The notes beneath the pieces were generated by a model, which was not told where the DNA came from, made no database searches, and was given only the letters and a program-made list of their open reading frames with translations. A stretch of 64,000 bases of DNA. It comes from an archaeon (lineage in GTDB: Archaea > EX4484-52 > WAPT01). Numbering within the stretch: position 1 is the first letter of the stretch; each line of letters begins with the position of its first letter. The stretch covers positions 32,001 to 96,000 of the forward strand of contig JAPDKB010000004.1 of the NCBI GenBank assembly GCA_029258795.1. Reading direction: 5' to 3'. This document shows positions 41,267-51,957 of the stretch, piece by piece. The position numbers were made by a program, and so were the translations under genes.

Positions 41267-42379
41267 ATGGCGAAAAAAACCAAAAAAACAGATGTAAAAA
41301 AGACCGAATCTAAAAAAAAGACAACTGAAAAAACAACAAGACAGAAAAAAGAAGTGAAAAAGGAAGTGCAAAAGCCGAAACCAGCAAAAAAACAGGAGGT
41401 AAACCTCTGGAAGACAGCAAGCGGAATTCTGTTTGTGGCGTTGATGTTTGTAGTTGCATGGAGTTTCACCAGACAACCAGTGCAGCCACAAACTCAGGAT
41501 GAGCTAATATTCATCTCATCAAAAGCATGCAGCATCTGTGGAAACTACAACTCAACGATGCAGGAAATTGCAAGGATGCTTGATGTTCCATACAAGCAGG
41601 TGGAATTCATCAATCCAGTTAGCTTTCCAGGGTTCGTTCTCATAAAAAATAACACATTGTCGATCTCTGGCTTTGAAAACGAGGAGCAGCTCTACCAGCT
41701 GATGTGCATGATAACCAGCGACGAAGAGGTGTGCGCAGCTTACAGGAAATTGCTGGAGGAAAGCACGAACAAAACAGAAAAGCCAGTGGTGAAGTTCTTC
41801 GTGATGAGTTTCTGTCCGTTCGGACAGCAGATGGAATCTGTGATATATCCCGTCTACCAGAAGTTCAAGGAGCTTGCAAGCTTCGAGCCTCACTACGTCA
41901 TCTACAGCAATTACGGGGATTACAATACCACATGTATAGATAAGGATAAGAAATACTGCTCAATGCACGGGCTTGATGAGCTGATAGAGGATGTCAGGCA
42001 GCTCTGCATACACAAATATTACCCAATGGATGTCTGGTGGAACTATGTGATGTATGTGGACAACAACTGCAGCCTGGACAACATCAACACATGCTGGAAG
42101 GATGCAGCAAATCATGCGGGAGTTGATACTACTAAGGTTGAGCAGTGTGTGAAGGAAGAAGCCACTCAGCTGCTTGAGAAAGAATTGCAGCTCAATGCTC
42201 AGTACGATGTTAAGGGCTCACCTACCGTGTTCATAAATGATCAGCTTTACAGGGATGAGAGAACTCCAGACGCATTCCAGCAATCACTCTGTAGGAGCTT
42301 CATAACCCCGCCAGAAGAGTGCAACACATCAGTGGACGCTTCAGCAACAAGCGCAGCATCTGCCGGAAGCTGCGGATGA
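41267..42379 (+). CDS. Membrane-anchored thioredoxin-fold / DsbA-like oxidoreductase
   Basis: Lys-rich N-terminus, TM helix, CSIC, FVMSFCPFG, VKGSPTVFIN. Confidence 0.75.
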   Translation: MAKKTKKTDVKKTESKKKTTEKTTRQKKEVKKEVQKPKPAKKQEVNLWKTASGILFVALMFVVAWSFTRQPVQPQTQDELIFISSKACSICGNYNSTMQEIARMLDVPYKQVEFINPVSFPGFVLIKNNTLSISGFENEEQLYQLMCMITSDEEVCAAYRKLLEESTNKTEKPVVKFFVMSFCPFGQQMESVIYPVYQKFKELASFEPHYVIYSNYGDYNTTCIDKDKKYCSMHGLDELIEDVRQLCIHKYYPMDVWWNYVMYVDNNCSLDNINTCWKDAANHAGVDTTKVEQCVKEEATQLLEKELQLNAQYDVKGSPTVFINDQLYRDERTPDAFQQSLCRSFITPPEECNTSVDASATSAASAGSCG

Positions 42380-42429
42380 ATGATCAAGTGACGTTTTCTT
42401 TTTATCATTTTTTTACAATTTTTCTGTAA

Positions 42430-44469
42430 ATGAAAACACGATTCAAAAACTCGAATGAGTATTATGAGCACTTCTCCAGGCTGGTGGAGATTGAAAGAAA
42501 GGAAGAAATGAAGCTACACCTACAGGAAATGAAAAAGCTGAGCGGGGAGGAAAGAGAGAGGAAAGGAAGAGCCCTGACCGAGTTGAAAGCGAGATTTGAG
42601 GGCACCCTTCTGTTCAAGTTCGTGTATTCTTTCAGGAAAGTTGGTAAGAATAAGTTGCCAGAGAATGAAATCAAGGTAGGAGATGTTGTGCTGGTTAGCA
42701 AAACGCACCCCCTCAAAGATGGCAAAGAAGGAGTGGTCATCGAGAAAACGAAGTACAGCATGTCTGTGGTTTTTGATGAGAGGCTTCCACCCTCATGGAG
42801 GAAAGCCAAGCTTAGAATTGACCTCTACTGCAACGACACAACATTTCAGAGAATGAAATCTGCGCTTCTCAAAGTAAAGGACGGAAATATGGAGTTCAGC
42901 ATGCCTATTCTGCTGGGTATGAAAAACGCGAGAATCAATGTTGGTGAAGAAGAGAAGATAGCGTATTTCAACAAAAAGCTCAACCCGAGCCAGAGAGAAG
43001 CTGTTGCGAGAGCTTTGATTACCGAGCCCCTCTTTCTCATCCACGGTCCACCCGGAACGGGCAAAACCACAACATGCGTGGAGATAATAAAGCAGCTGGT
43101 TGCAAGAGGAAAAAAGGTGCTTGTTTGCGCTGACTCAAACGTGGCTGTGGACAACATAGTGGAAAAGATTGCAGATAAGGTTTATGTTGTTAGGATAGGG
43201 CATCCAGCCAGAATCTCAAAAAAGCTTCATGAAACTTGTATAGACCACATCATAGCGTGCAGTGAGGAGGGCATGCTCATAGAGGAGCTCACAAGAAGAA
43301 TTGAAAAGCTGAAGGAGAAGAGGGATGTGTTGACAAAACCCACGCAATCAAAAAGGCGCGGCTTGAGTGATGCGGAAATACTCAAGCTTGCGAGAAAATC
43401 AAAGGGAAAGAGGGGACTGAGCCAGAAGGAGATAAAGGAGATGGCACTGTGGATCACTCATACCAGCTCCATCCGAGCTCTTGCAAAGAAAAGGGAAGAA
43501 CTATTTGAAAAGGCAGCGAGAAAGGTGATACGGAATGCTCAGGTTGTATGCACAACCAATGCCGGCAGCTATGCCGAAATCATGCAGGACGAGAGGTTCG
43601 ATGTGGTTGTTGTGGATGAGGCAACGCAGGCAACAGAACCATCATGTTTGATGCCTTTAACCAAAGCTCCAAAAGTTATAATGGCTGGGGACCACAAGCA
43701 GCTGCCTCCAACCATAATGAACGAGGAAGCGAAGGAGAAAGGATTGGGCGTGACGATGTTTGAAAGATTCATGCAACTCTACGGAAAGAAAGCTTCCATA
43801 ATGCTGGAATATCAGTACAGAATGCACCCGTTGCTTGTCGAGTTTCCAAACAGGAAATTCTATGGGGGGAAGCTGAAATCGGATAAAAGCGTTCTGGACA
43901 TGTCCGTGCAAGAGATCATCAAGAAAAAAGTAAAGGTGAAGGATAAGCTTGATAAGGCATGCTTCTCCCCAATTCCGCTGGTGTGGATTGATATAAGGCA
44001 TGTGCATGGCAGGGAGAGGAGAAGAGCGGAGAGCACCTCACTTGAAAACATAACGGAAGCGCTGATGGTCAAAAAGCTGGTTGAAAAGCTTCTTGGTGCT
44101 GGTGTGAAAGCCTCGCAAACAGGTGTGATCACTCCTTACAAAGATCAGAAAGAGTTGATTTCAAGGATGGTTAGCAATGATGTTGAGGTCAACACAGTTG
44201 ATGGCTTTCAGGGGAGGGAGAAGGAGGTGATAATCCTATCGCTCGTCAGAAGCAATGAGGAGAAAAGGATTGGTTTTCTGAAGGATAAAAGACGGCTCAA
44301 CGTTGCAATAACAAGAGCCAGAAGAAAGCTCATAGTGGTGAGCGATTCGAAAACGGTAGCAGCTTATCCTCTTTATCGGGAATTCTTGCGGTTTGTGAAA
44401 AATAAGGCGTTGTATTTGGAAATAAAGGGAGGAGAGTTCAGCAGGATTTGTGAAGGGAAACACGTTTGA
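42430..44469 (+). CDS. SF1 helicase, IGHMBP2/Upf1-like
   Basis: [57 protein letters not shown]. Confidence 0.95.
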   Translation: MKTRFKNSNEYYEHFSRLVEIERKEEMKLHLQEMKKLSGEERERKGRALTELKARFEGTLLFKFVYSFRKVGKNKLPENEIKVGDVVLVSKTHPLKDGKEGVVIEKTKYSMSVVFDERLPPSWRKAKLRIDLYCNDTTFQRMKSALLKVKDGNMEFSMPILLGMKNARINVGEEEKIAYFNKKLNPSQREAVARALITEPLFLIHGPPGTGKTTTCVEIIKQLVARGKKVLVCADSNVAVDNIVEKIADKVYVVRIGHPARISKKLHETCIDHIIACSEEGMLIEELTRRIEKLKEKRDVLTKPTQSKRRGLSDAEILKLARKSKGKRGLSQKEIKEMALWITHTSSIRALAKKREELFEKAARKVIRNAQVVCTTNAGSYAEIMQDERFDVVVVDEATQATEPSCLMPLTKAPKVIMAGDHKQLPPTIMNEEAKEKGLGVTMFERFMQLYGKKASIMLEYQYRMHPLLVEFPNRKFYGGKLKSDKSVLDMSVQEIIKKKVKVKDKLDKACFSPIPLVWIDIRHVHGRERRRAESTSLENITEALMVKKLVEKLLGAGVKASQTGVITPYKDQKELISRMVSNDVEVNTVDGFQGREKEVIILSLVRSNEEKRIGFLKDKRRLNVAITRARRKLIVVSDSKTVAAYPLYREFLRFVKNKALYLEIKGGEFSRICEGKHV

Positions 44470-45070
44470 TTTTTCCTCTTGGCTTCTCCTCCTCGAAAGC
44501 CACCACCCTAAACTTATAAACTCTCGCATCTTTGCTCTTCCAGCAATCCTTATCCCACAGCCCTGCTTTGAAGCAGAGGTTGGCAAGAAACTCCCCCTTG
44601 TCAGGAATCTGTTCCCACACCTGCGGGAGGAAAAGCCCTTTGAAGGGACCAATTTCCAGTATCAGCCCGTCTTCAAACGGCACGATTTTATCCAGAAGTT
44701 CTTGGGGAGAGCCATACTCTATCCTTTCCGGGGGTGTAAGCACGGAAACTTCAAAAACAACACCGTCAAGCTCGTCCTTTCTCAGAGGAGGGAAGCGCGG
44801 GTCCTCAAATGCAGCTGATAAAGTGGAGTTAACGACAGCCCTGCACAGTGGTTTTATTGGATATGGAATTCCTATACACCCCCTCAGCTCATGCTCAGGA
44901 TAGGTGTGGAGCGTGACAAAGACACCCATCTTCTCTTTCATGAGTTCGTCAGTTTCCTTAGAGCACAGCTCTTCCTCCAGCTCAAGGGAGCGCTTTTCAA
45001 AGCTAATCTCAACAGCTCTTCTGGCAAGCTTCACCAGCTTTTCCCCAATATTATCAGATAGCTCAAGCAT
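44438..45070 (-). CDS. AMMECR1 domain protein
   Basis: GVFVTL, LRGCIG, AAFEDPRF, GLFLPQV. Confidence 0.92.
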   Translation of the reverse strand: MLELSDNIGEKLVKLARRAVEISFEKRSLELEEELCSKETDELMKEKMGVFVTLHTYPEHELRGCIGIPYPIKPLCRAVVNSTLSAAFEDPRFPPLRKDELDGVVFEVSVLTPPERIEYGSPQELLDKIVPFEDGLILEIGPFKGLFLPQVWEQIPDKGEFLANLCFKAGLWDKDCWKSKDARVYKFRVVAFEEEKPRGKIKRVSLHKSC

Positions 45071-45113
45071 ACCTTTTTATTTTTCTTGCAATTAAATTAA
45101 GCTTTGTGTTTCC

Positions 45114-45189
45114 GGGCCGGTGGTCTAGGGGTTATGACGCCGCGCTTACAACGCGGAGGTCGGCGGTTCGAATCCGCCCCGGCCCACCA
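45114..45189 (+). tRNA. tRNA-Val(TAC), CCA encoded
   Basis: GGGCCGG/CCGGCCC acceptor, CCGCG-CTTACAA-CGCGG anticodon arm, GGCGG-TTCGAAT-CCGCC T arm. Confidence 0.96.
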
Positions 45190-45213
45190 GATTAAAAGCT
45201 TGGAGGGGGAAGA

Positions 45214-45759
45214 ATGCTGAGCAGCATTGTACAGTTCATTTTGAGCGCGTTCTGGATCATCCTGCCAGCTTACTTTGCCAACTCCTCTCCAGTATACTTC
45301 ACTTCAAGAATGAAGAATCTCCACCCCATCGATTTCAACGGGAAGTTTTTGGATGGCAGACCAATTCTTGGAAAAGGCAAGACGTTTGAGGGCACGATTT
45401 CAGGGATAGCGGTTGGTACTGTTGTGGGCTGGGTGCAGGTGATGTTGCAAAAATTGGGAGGATTAGGAGTTTACTTCACCTATCAAATGAGCTTGGAACT
45501 GGCTTTCGCTCTTGCCAGCGCTGCTATCATTGGAGACATGATAGGGAGTTTTATAAAGAGGAGGATGGGTAAGAAGAGGGGTGAGGAATCATTCCTGCTT
45601 GATACTCTGGATTTCCTTGTGCCATCTTTATTAGTTGTATACTTAATGGTTGGAATGGATGTTTACACGGCGGCTTTCCTGATGGTGATCACACCTATGG
45701 TTCATCGTGCAGCCAACATTCTCGCATACAAACTGGGGATGAAGGATGTTCCTTGGTAA
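45214..45759 (+). CDS. carS: CDP-archaeol synthase
   Basis: LPAYFAN..P, PID..G...DGRPILGKGKTFEG, GDMIGSFIKRR, LDTLDF, C-terminal KDVPW. Confidence 0.9.
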   Translation: MLSSIVQFILSAFWIILPAYFANSSPVYFTSRMKNLHPIDFNGKFLDGRPILGKGKTFEGTISGIAVGTVVGWVQVMLQKLGGLGVYFTYQMSLELAFALASAAIIGDMIGSFIKRRMGKKRGEESFLLDTLDFLVPSLLVVYLMVGMDVYTAAFLMVITPMVHRAANILAYKLGMKDVPW

Positions 45760-46240
45760 TCGTGCCACACTTCTAAATCTAGTGATGTGTGTAGGCATAG
45801 CGATAGCATCCCTCCTCCTCTATGCGATTGAGAAAAACACCATTTTCATACTTGCGGGGGAAGTAGTAGTTGTGGGAATACTCCTCAGAACGGATAAACT
45901 GACTGTCATGATTTCAAGGGCCAGCTTTTCGTTGATGAGCGTTGCCACCTTCATCACATCCCAAAACGTTGTTGGAAGCGTGCTTTTCCTTTTCTCAGCC
46001 GTTTTTCTGCTCCACAGTCCCATGTTCCTCATTCTCAACCCTCCATCATCAAAGGTTGTTCTCCGCAGAATCATGGGATCAGCGTTTTTGCTTGTGTTTT
46101 TGATGGCGGAAGAGAAAATTGCTGTGTCCATACTTTTCGTTCTCTGCTGCTTGTTTCTCCTTCTTCAGGACTATCTCGCACTCAAAAAGAGAGTGAAGCG
46201 AGTTTCAAGAAGCGGGCAAAATACCAGTAAGAAAGCATGA
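45746..46240 (+). CDS. Small multi-pass membrane protein
   Basis: Highly hydrophobic 164-aa ORF overlapping the carS stop. Confidence 0.6.
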   Translation: MFLGNRATLLNLVMCVGIAIASLLLYAIEKNTIFILAGEVVVVGILLRTDKLTVMISRASFSLMSVATFITSQNVVGSVLFLFSAVFLLHSPMFLILNPPSSKVVLRRIMGSAFLLVFLMAEEKIAVSILFVLCCLFLLLQDYLALKKRVKRVSRSGQNTSKKA

Positions 46241-46850
46241 GCAAGGAGCTTTTCCTCCCACCAATCCATGTTTTACCCTTTCTTATTGCATCGAGCACAG
46301 CTTCCTCACTTTTTTCCTTGCATTCAACAGTGGTGTATGCCTTACCCACCTCCCTCCAGTGGTGCGCATCACTGCCCGCTATTATTGGTAATTTCAGCTT
46401 TCTCGCATACTCAAGCGCTTTCCAGTTCCCTATGGCGCTTCTTGAATTGAATACTTCCACACCATCAACCTCAAGCTCCAGCATTTTATCCCCGCTGCAC
46501 GATTTTAGGTGGAAGAGATAGCCGAAGGGATGAGCCACAACCGCAACCCCACCATGCTTTTGCACAATCTTGATAACATCTCTGGCATTCATGCCTTTCG
46601 GGATGCTGAAATCCAGCCCGTAAACAAGCAAATCACCCTCTTTGCACCTGACCTCCTGCCCCTTTATCAGGAGAAGCGAGAATTTTTCAGCGAGCTTTTC
46701 CGCCTGTTTGAGAGCTTTGCAGGTGTTGTGGTCGGTTATTGCTAAACCATCAAGCCCCCTCCTTTTTGCCTGAAGGAGTATGAATTTAACATCGCTCAAC
46801 CCGTCCTTTGAATGGTTGGTGTGGACATGCATATCCAGCTTTAACTTCAT
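46182..46850 (-). CDS. PHP-family metal-dependent phosphoesterase
   Basis: DMHVHT, ITDHN, AHP, GSDAH. Confidence 0.9.
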   Translation of the reverse strand: MKLKLDMHVHTNHSKDGLSDVKFILLQAKRRGLDGLAITDHNTCKALKQAEKLAEKFSLLLIKGQEVRCKEGDLLVYGLDFSIPKGMNARDVIKIVQKHGGVAVVAHPFGYLFHLKSCSGDKMLELEVDGVEVFNSRSAIGNWKALEYARKLKLPIIAGSDAHHWREVGKAYTTVECKEKSEEAVLDAIRKGKTWIGGRKSSLLMLSYWYFARFLKLASLSF

Positions 46851-46902
46851 TAGACCAAATTCCTCTGGAAGCTATAAAAATTTTGCAATCTCCCTATCAT
46901 GC

Positions 46903-47874
46903 ATGCTGAAATCCACAAAAATCGGAGATAAATTCAGTTTATTGATGGGGAAGCTATTTTGTGCGCTTCCTTTAAAACCGAACCACTATACCCTACTTTC
47001 AGTGCTCCTTGCTTTTGCAGGAATGGTTATGGTTATTGAACAACAAGTTGAAATTGCCATCCTTCTTTTCCTGTTATCCTTCTTTCTGGATGCTGTGGAT
47101 GGAGCGGTTGCAAGAGCAAAGGGTATGGCGTCCAGTTTTGGCGCTTTCATGGATGGAGTTGTAGATAGAGTGGTGGAAACTCTGTTTTTGATCTCACTTG
47201 CGTTCATGAACATAGAAACGATGCTTTTTCCATCATGGCTATGGGTAATGGTGGTGCTTGCGTCAGGCACATACATGACTTCCTTCATAAAAGCTTACTC
47301 TCACCACCGCCTCGTGCTTGAGGAAAGGGAAGCAGCCAATATGCCGGGTTTGCTTGAAAGGGCCGAGAGATGTGTGCTTTTACTTCTTGTGATGGTTCTG
47401 GCTTACTTCAATTATGGAAGGGTCGCGGGAGCGCTTTTGATGGTTGTGGCCTTGCTCGCAACCCTGACGGCTTTGCAGCGCTGCATATGTGTTTGGAGAA
47501 AAGCAGCCGGAAGCAAGCCATCAGGATTGCGCAACCTTAAGCAGGTTGTTGTGGTGAGAACTGACATAAAAATGGGCAAGGGTAAGCTTGCAGCTCAGGT
47601 TGCGCACGCATCCCTGCATGCGTTTTTAAACGCGGATGCGGAAAAAAGAAACGCATGGCTCAGCTCCGGGCAGAAAAAGGTTGTGCTCAAAGCAAGAAGC
47701 GAGGAGGAGCTCATGCAGCTTTACAAAAAGGCGAGAAGGAAAGGGTTGAATGCCGTTATGATAAGGGATGCTGGCCTAACTCAGCTTGAGAAGGGCACGA
47801 TCACTGCCATGGCAGCCGGTCCGGAGGAGGAAGAAAAGCTCGACGAGGTGTTTGGAGAGCTAAAGCTTTTATGA
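46903..47874 (+). CDS. Fusion of CDP-alcohol phosphatidyltransferase and peptidyl-tRNA hydrolase Pth2
   Basis: DAVDGAVAR...GAFMDGVVDR motif, then in frame KQVVVVRTDIKMGKGKLAAQVAHAS...GQKKVVLK...IRDAGLTQL...GP. Confidence 0.88.
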   Translation: MLKSTKIGDKFSLLMGKLFCALPLKPNHYTLLSVLLAFAGMVMVIEQQVEIAILLFLLSFFLDAVDGAVARAKGMASSFGAFMDGVVDRVVETLFLISLAFMNIETMLFPSWLWVMVVLASGTYMTSFIKAYSHHRLVLEEREAANMPGLLERAERCVLLLLVMVLAYFNYGRVAGALLMVVALLATLTALQRCICVWRKAAGSKPSGLRNLKQVVVVRTDIKMGKGKLAAQVAHASLHAFLNADAEKRNAWLSSGQKKVVLKARSEEELMQLYKKARRKGLNAVMIRDAGLTQLEKGTITAMAAGPEEEEKLDEVFGELKLL

Positions 47875-48203
47875 GGTGGTCCGTTATGTCGGAAAAGAAA
47901 GGCAAAAAGAAAAAGAAAAGGAAGAATAACTTGAGGGTGCTGGGCGTGGTTGTTGTCGTGATAGCAGTGTTGGCTTCCTTTTATCTGCTCTTCACCAAGA
48001 TAACGAAGTACAGGATGCTGGAGGAGAAGTGTAAAGCGATAGAGAGCAGTCCAGACCTCCTCTTTCCATGCAAGTGCAAACCTCAGCTCAAAAGCGTGGA
48101 GAATGAGAGTGATATTGTCTACAAGAAAACAGAACCGATGTGTATATGCACATGCGACATTGGCAATGGCACCACGGTAACCATAGAGGTCAGAGCTGCT
48201 TAG
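47871..48203 (+). CDS. Small membrane-anchored Cys-containing protein
   Basis: Basic N-terminus, one TM helix, CKC and CICTC motifs. Confidence 0.6.
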   Translation: MRWSVMSEKKGKKKKKRKNNLRVLGVVVVVIAVLASFYLLFTKITKYRMLEEKCKAIESSPDLLFPCKCKPQLKSVENESDIVYKKTEPMCICTCDIGNGTTVTIEVRAA

Positions 48204-49399
48204 CTCTCACCTTCTACCACATAGTCCAAGAGCTCCCTCAAGAATGTGGTTGCGTAGGTTGATTTTCTCAGAGCAAAGCGAATTGTTAGCTTGTTCTTCC
48301 CCTCGAACATTTCATCTTTTTCAAATTTCACAAATTCGAAATCGTGAACTTTCCCAAACGCCTTTCTGTATCTTGTTGTGGTGGTGAGGTGTTTTTCCTT
48401 GCTAAAATAGAACATCTCCGGCTTTATTCCTTCCTCCTCAAGCATTTCATCCAGCATATCGTGCCATTTCTCTCTGAAAACCGGCTTGGAGTAATCATAG
48501 CCAACGATAGGCAGCTTGAGCTTCTCATCAAAATAGCCCGCTTTAACCACCTTCTCGAGCAATCTGTTGAACAGGTAGGACTGGTAGGAGTTTATCACGA
48601 AGCGCTGAAACTTCTTAGGAAGAGAGAGAAACGCAAGCCTGAAATCTCCCGTCTTGATCAGCGTTCTGAGCATTATCCTTTCATGCTCATACTTTCTTGG
48701 AATCGTTTCCAGAGCTTCCTCATAATTCCCCTTTTCGATCAGCTCCCTTGCCTTCCTCATCCTTTCATCGTGCTCCTTTTTTTTGAACGCTGTCAGGTAA
48801 AAAAGAACGCCCTCCTCAAACTTTCTCAGCACGATGTACTTACCAAAAAGATGGGTTATCTCTCTCTTCGTGCCAAACCGCTGCTCTCCATAATAATTTG
48901 GAAAATAACCTCCTGTTTTTTCGAAAAAACCATCTATGATCTCTCTAACCTCCTTCTCATCCTGCTCTATGTCCCTTACCGTTATGGTGAACCTGTTTCC
49001 CCACAGCCCGCCGAGAAAAACCTTGCCGCCATACCTTATAGGCACAACTTCAATATCCTTCAGCTCGAGATTTTCAACGGCTTCCTTCTGAACCTTATAC
49101 ATACCTATGAGCTGGGAAGTGTAAGCGTGTTTGTCTTTAAGCCCAGCAAACGTTATTCGATCCTCTTTTTTGATGCGAAGCTTCTTTCTCAAGATGGAAA
49201 CTGCCTCAAAAGTATCGTAACCCTTCTTTATCAAAACACAATGCAAAAACTTTCCCTCACTCGTTTCATCGAACTCATAATCTTTTCCTATCTCCAGTAC
49301 CTCATGTCTATGTGGCATCTCCTCCACAATGAAATCCTCGTACTTCGCTTTTATCCTTCCCTTTATCTTTTTGCCATCGTAAAGTGTGCAAAAATGCAT
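48200..49399 (-). CDS. truD: tRNA pseudouridine(13) synthase
   Basis: EDFIVEE, FAGLKDKHAYTSQ, GNRFTI, PNYYGEQRFG, YATTFLREL. Confidence 0.93.
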   Translation of the reverse strand: MHFCTLYDGKKIKGRIKAKYEDFIVEEMPHRHEVLEIGKDYEFDETSEGKFLHCVLIKKGYDTFEAVSILRKKLRIKKEDRITFAGLKDKHAYTSQLIGMYKVQKEAVENLELKDIEVVPIRYGGKVFLGGLWGNRFTITVRDIEQDEKEVREIIDGFFEKTGGYFPNYYGEQRFGTKREITHLFGKYIVLRKFEEGVLFYLTAFKKKEHDERMRKARELIEKGNYEEALETIPRKYEHERIMLRTLIKTGDFRLAFLSLPKKFQRFVINSYQSYLFNRLLEKVVKAGYFDEKLKLPIVGYDYSKPVFREKWHDMLDEMLEEEGIKPEMFYFSKEKHLTTTTRYRKAFGKVHDFEFVKFEKDEMFEGKNKLTIRFALRKSTYATTFLRELLDYVVEGES

Positions 49400-49459
49400 G
49401 TTAAACACCGAAAGATATATATAGGTGTGAGAGACATAATAATTAGATTCTACCAAATC

Positions 49460-50512
49460 TCATGGTTTTATCTCCCTTACTGGGATGTGGCCGTGCCTCC
49501 TCCTTCGAGGGGAGGCACGGTTTTTCATCTCCACCCTCAAAAATTTAATGAGTTCTTCTATACTCTTCTCATCCTCGCTTGATGTTTCTAGCCATCTCAA
49601 TCCAAGCTTCTCCAGTTCATCTCTGAGCTTTCTCAGTTTTTCTTCATCCTGACAGAGGTCCATTTTGTTTATGCAGCAAACTATTCGGAGGTTTGGGAAA
49701 AGGGACATAAGCCTCTTCAACAACCCGATCTGCTTCTCAATATCATAACCACAGGTTTCGCTAACATCAAAAACATAAAGCATGAGCGATGGTAAAGTTG
49801 AGATGGCGGTTATGGCTTTCCTCTCGATTCCTTTCATCTTCGAAGGATCCCTGTCCAGAATACCCGGCGTATCTATCAGCTGAAGCTCGTTATCGAGATA
49901 ACCCACCATGAGCTTTTTGGTCGTGAAGGGATAATCCGCTATTTGTGGCTGCGCACCCGTAACCTTTCTAAGCAACGTGCTCTTCCCGACGTTAGGATAA
50001 CCCGCTATTATAATTGTGGGCATGTCCTTGAGCGAGGGGAATTCAGCGGTGAGCTTTTTGAATTGGATTAAAGTGTGGAAAGCATCCCTCCTCTTCTTTA
50101 TGAGGGAACTCACCCTGCCATAAAAAGCCCTCCTGACGTTCTTTACTCTTTTGATTGAGTTCTCACCCTTTATCTTGTTCGCATAATCAAGTTCGAGCTC
50201 TCTCACCTTCTTCGATATCCAGTTGAGTGTTGCCAGAGCTTTCTTCACATCATCAACAGGCATGGAGATCTCAATCAACTTCCTGTAGAATTCAGGAACC
50301 TCATCCAGGTTGGGCACGCTTCGGATTATTTCTTTTATGTTGTCCCTTATAACATTCGAAACGGTGCTTATCTTCTGCATTTCGAGAAGTTTCTCCCTCA
50401 TAACTTTGTCCTTCACATGAGGGTCTCGACTAACCTTACTGGCTTTTCTGAAAGCTTTGTCCACCAGCTCCTCATGCGTCGGGATATGTTTCATGTTTTT
50501 AAAGGGGTTCAT
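49460..50512 (-). CDS. NOG1-family GTP-binding protein
   Basis: AGYPNVGKS, YPFTTK, DTPGILDR, NKMD. Confidence 0.92.
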   Translation of the reverse strand: MNPFKNMKHIPTHEELVDKAFRKASKVSRDPHVKDKVMREKLLEMQKISTVSNVIRDNIKEIIRSVPNLDEVPEFYRKLIEISMPVDDVKKALATLNWISKKVRELELDYANKIKGENSIKRVKNVRRAFYGRVSSLIKKRRDAFHTLIQFKKLTAEFPSLKDMPTIIIAGYPNVGKSTLLRKVTGAQPQIADYPFTTKKLMVGYLDNELQLIDTPGILDRDPSKMKGIERKAITAISTLPSLMLYVFDVSETCGYDIEKQIGLLKRLMSLFPNLRIVCCINKMDLCQDEEKLRKLRDELEKLGLRWLETSSEDEKSIEELIKFLRVEMKNRASPRRRRHGHIPVREIKP

Positions 50513-50564
50513 GCCCTTTATTTCTCCTTCAAATTTAAAAAGTGAAGAAGCGAAAACTGAAGGT

Positions 50565-50852
50565 ATGGAAGACCAGACCAGAAAGTTGTCCAAGAGGGAG
50601 GTCGAACACACAAGGAAAGTGATCGAGGTGCTGAGAGAACATCCTTACGGGTTGTGGATAAGAGAGATAGCGAGAAGAACCGGGCTCCACATGGAACAGG
50701 TCAGAAGGGTGATAACATCTTACCCTCAGCTCTTTGAAGAGTATGCGGACTTCACATCTTACGGCATAAACCTCAAGATTGTGAGGTTGAAAAGAAAGAT
50801 CTCCACAAAAAATTTGGAAAAGCTCCTGCTCATGTTCAAGGAAGAAAGCTAG
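50565..50852 (+). CDS. Small winged-HTH protein (paralog of 63584-63802)
   Basis: KVIEVLREHPYGLWIREIARRTGLHMEQVRR. Confidence 0.75.
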   Translation: MEDQTRKLSKREVEHTRKVIEVLREHPYGLWIREIARRTGLHMEQVRRVITSYPQLFEEYADFTSYGINLKIVRLKRKISTKNLEKLLLMFKEES

Positions 50853-51957
50853 ATTCATCCTCAAACTCCATGAGTTTCTTGTGCTCCTCCTCTATTATTT
50901 TCCTCAGCTCCTCAAGTCCTACGGATTGCTTCGGTATTCTGGCTCCTGCCGCAGGTATGTGTCCACCACCCTCTCCTGCCTTAACTCGCTTCACAACATT
51001 TTTGGCCAGAACGTTCATGCCAACCACCCTATCCTGCCTCCTGAAGCTGAGATGGTAGTGAGTTTTGTCTTCCCATATCACAACCAGCGTCTTATCAGGA
51101 AACATGTTTTTTGAGAGGGTGTTAGCTACTATCGATTTCATGTTGTACTTGGTGGGAATAATAATTATTGCTAACCCATCTTTATCATCATAGCACTCTT
51201 TCTTTACACTCTCAATCACTTTCTCATATTCCTTCTCCATATCCTCAACCGCCTTAACAATCTCACTCTTCAAAAATTCCTGCATGCTATTACATCCATT
51301 TAACACGTGCAGAGCTCTCTCCACAACATCATATCCCTTTGCCCTGCAGAACTCTATTATTCGAGCGGCCATCTCAATGTTCTCCCTTTCCACCATCCAC
51401 TTACCACACACATCCCTTATGAAGTCGAACCAGAAATCGTCAGCGGAATCACCCACAACTCCTATGGCTGCCACCCAGTCCCACCTTTCCATATCTTTGT
51501 TCCACTCCTTCAATATGTCGTAGCTCAACTTTGAAGCAGGGTACTTGTCTCCGTTCGCAAAGCCCAAATGGCAGGAGTTTATGTAAGTTATGTTTCCTTC
51601 TTCCCTTTTGAGCAAGCCAGTGCTAACATGATGATCCACAATCAACACCCCATCACAGAGAGATGCGAGTTTTCTTACAGCTTCAACATCATTTTCAACA
51701 TTCAAATCAACTATGATCACTTTGTTGTATTTTTTACCCTTCACCATTTTCAGGGTTTCATCCGTTATGGTGACATGTGGTCCCTGGTTGAGAACATGGA
51801 TTGTGTTAGGATGGCGTTTCTCAAGCGCCTTGATGAAAAGGACGGCAGAGCATACTCCATCGGGATCGGGATGATATATTATGAGAACTTTGTCGTTTTT
51901 TTTGATTCCTTTTAGAAATGCATGTGCTGCCTTCAACACATCATCTTTGAGCTTCAT
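50836..51957 (-). CDS. DHH-family phosphoesterase (RecJ/NrnA-like)
   Basis: HPDPDG, IVD, VDHH, GGGHIPAAG (DHHA1). Confidence 0.88.
   Translation of the reverse strand: MKLKDDVLKAAHAFLKGIKKNDKVLIIYHPDPDGVCSAVLFIKALEKRHPNTIHVLNQGPHVTITDETLKMVKGKKYNKVIIVDLNVENDVEAVRKLASLCDGVLIVDHHVSTGLLKREEGNITYINSCHLGFANGDKYPASKLSYDILKEWNKDMERWDWVAAIGVVGDSADDFWFDFIRDVCGKWMVERENIEMAARIIEFCRAKGYDVVERALHVLNGCNSMQEFLKSEIVKAVEDMEKEYEKVIESVKKECYDDKDGLAIIIIPTKYNMKSIVANTLSKNMFPDKTLVVIWEDKTHYHLSFRRQDRVVGMNVLAKNVVKRVKAGEGGGHIPAAGARIPKQSVGLEELRKIIEEEHKKLMEFEDESSFLP

Noticed and set aside
48344-49582. Long antisense ORFs (also 30045-30854, 56379-57149, 2254-2874)
   Set aside because: Shadow frames opposite well-supported genes, with no recognisable motifs
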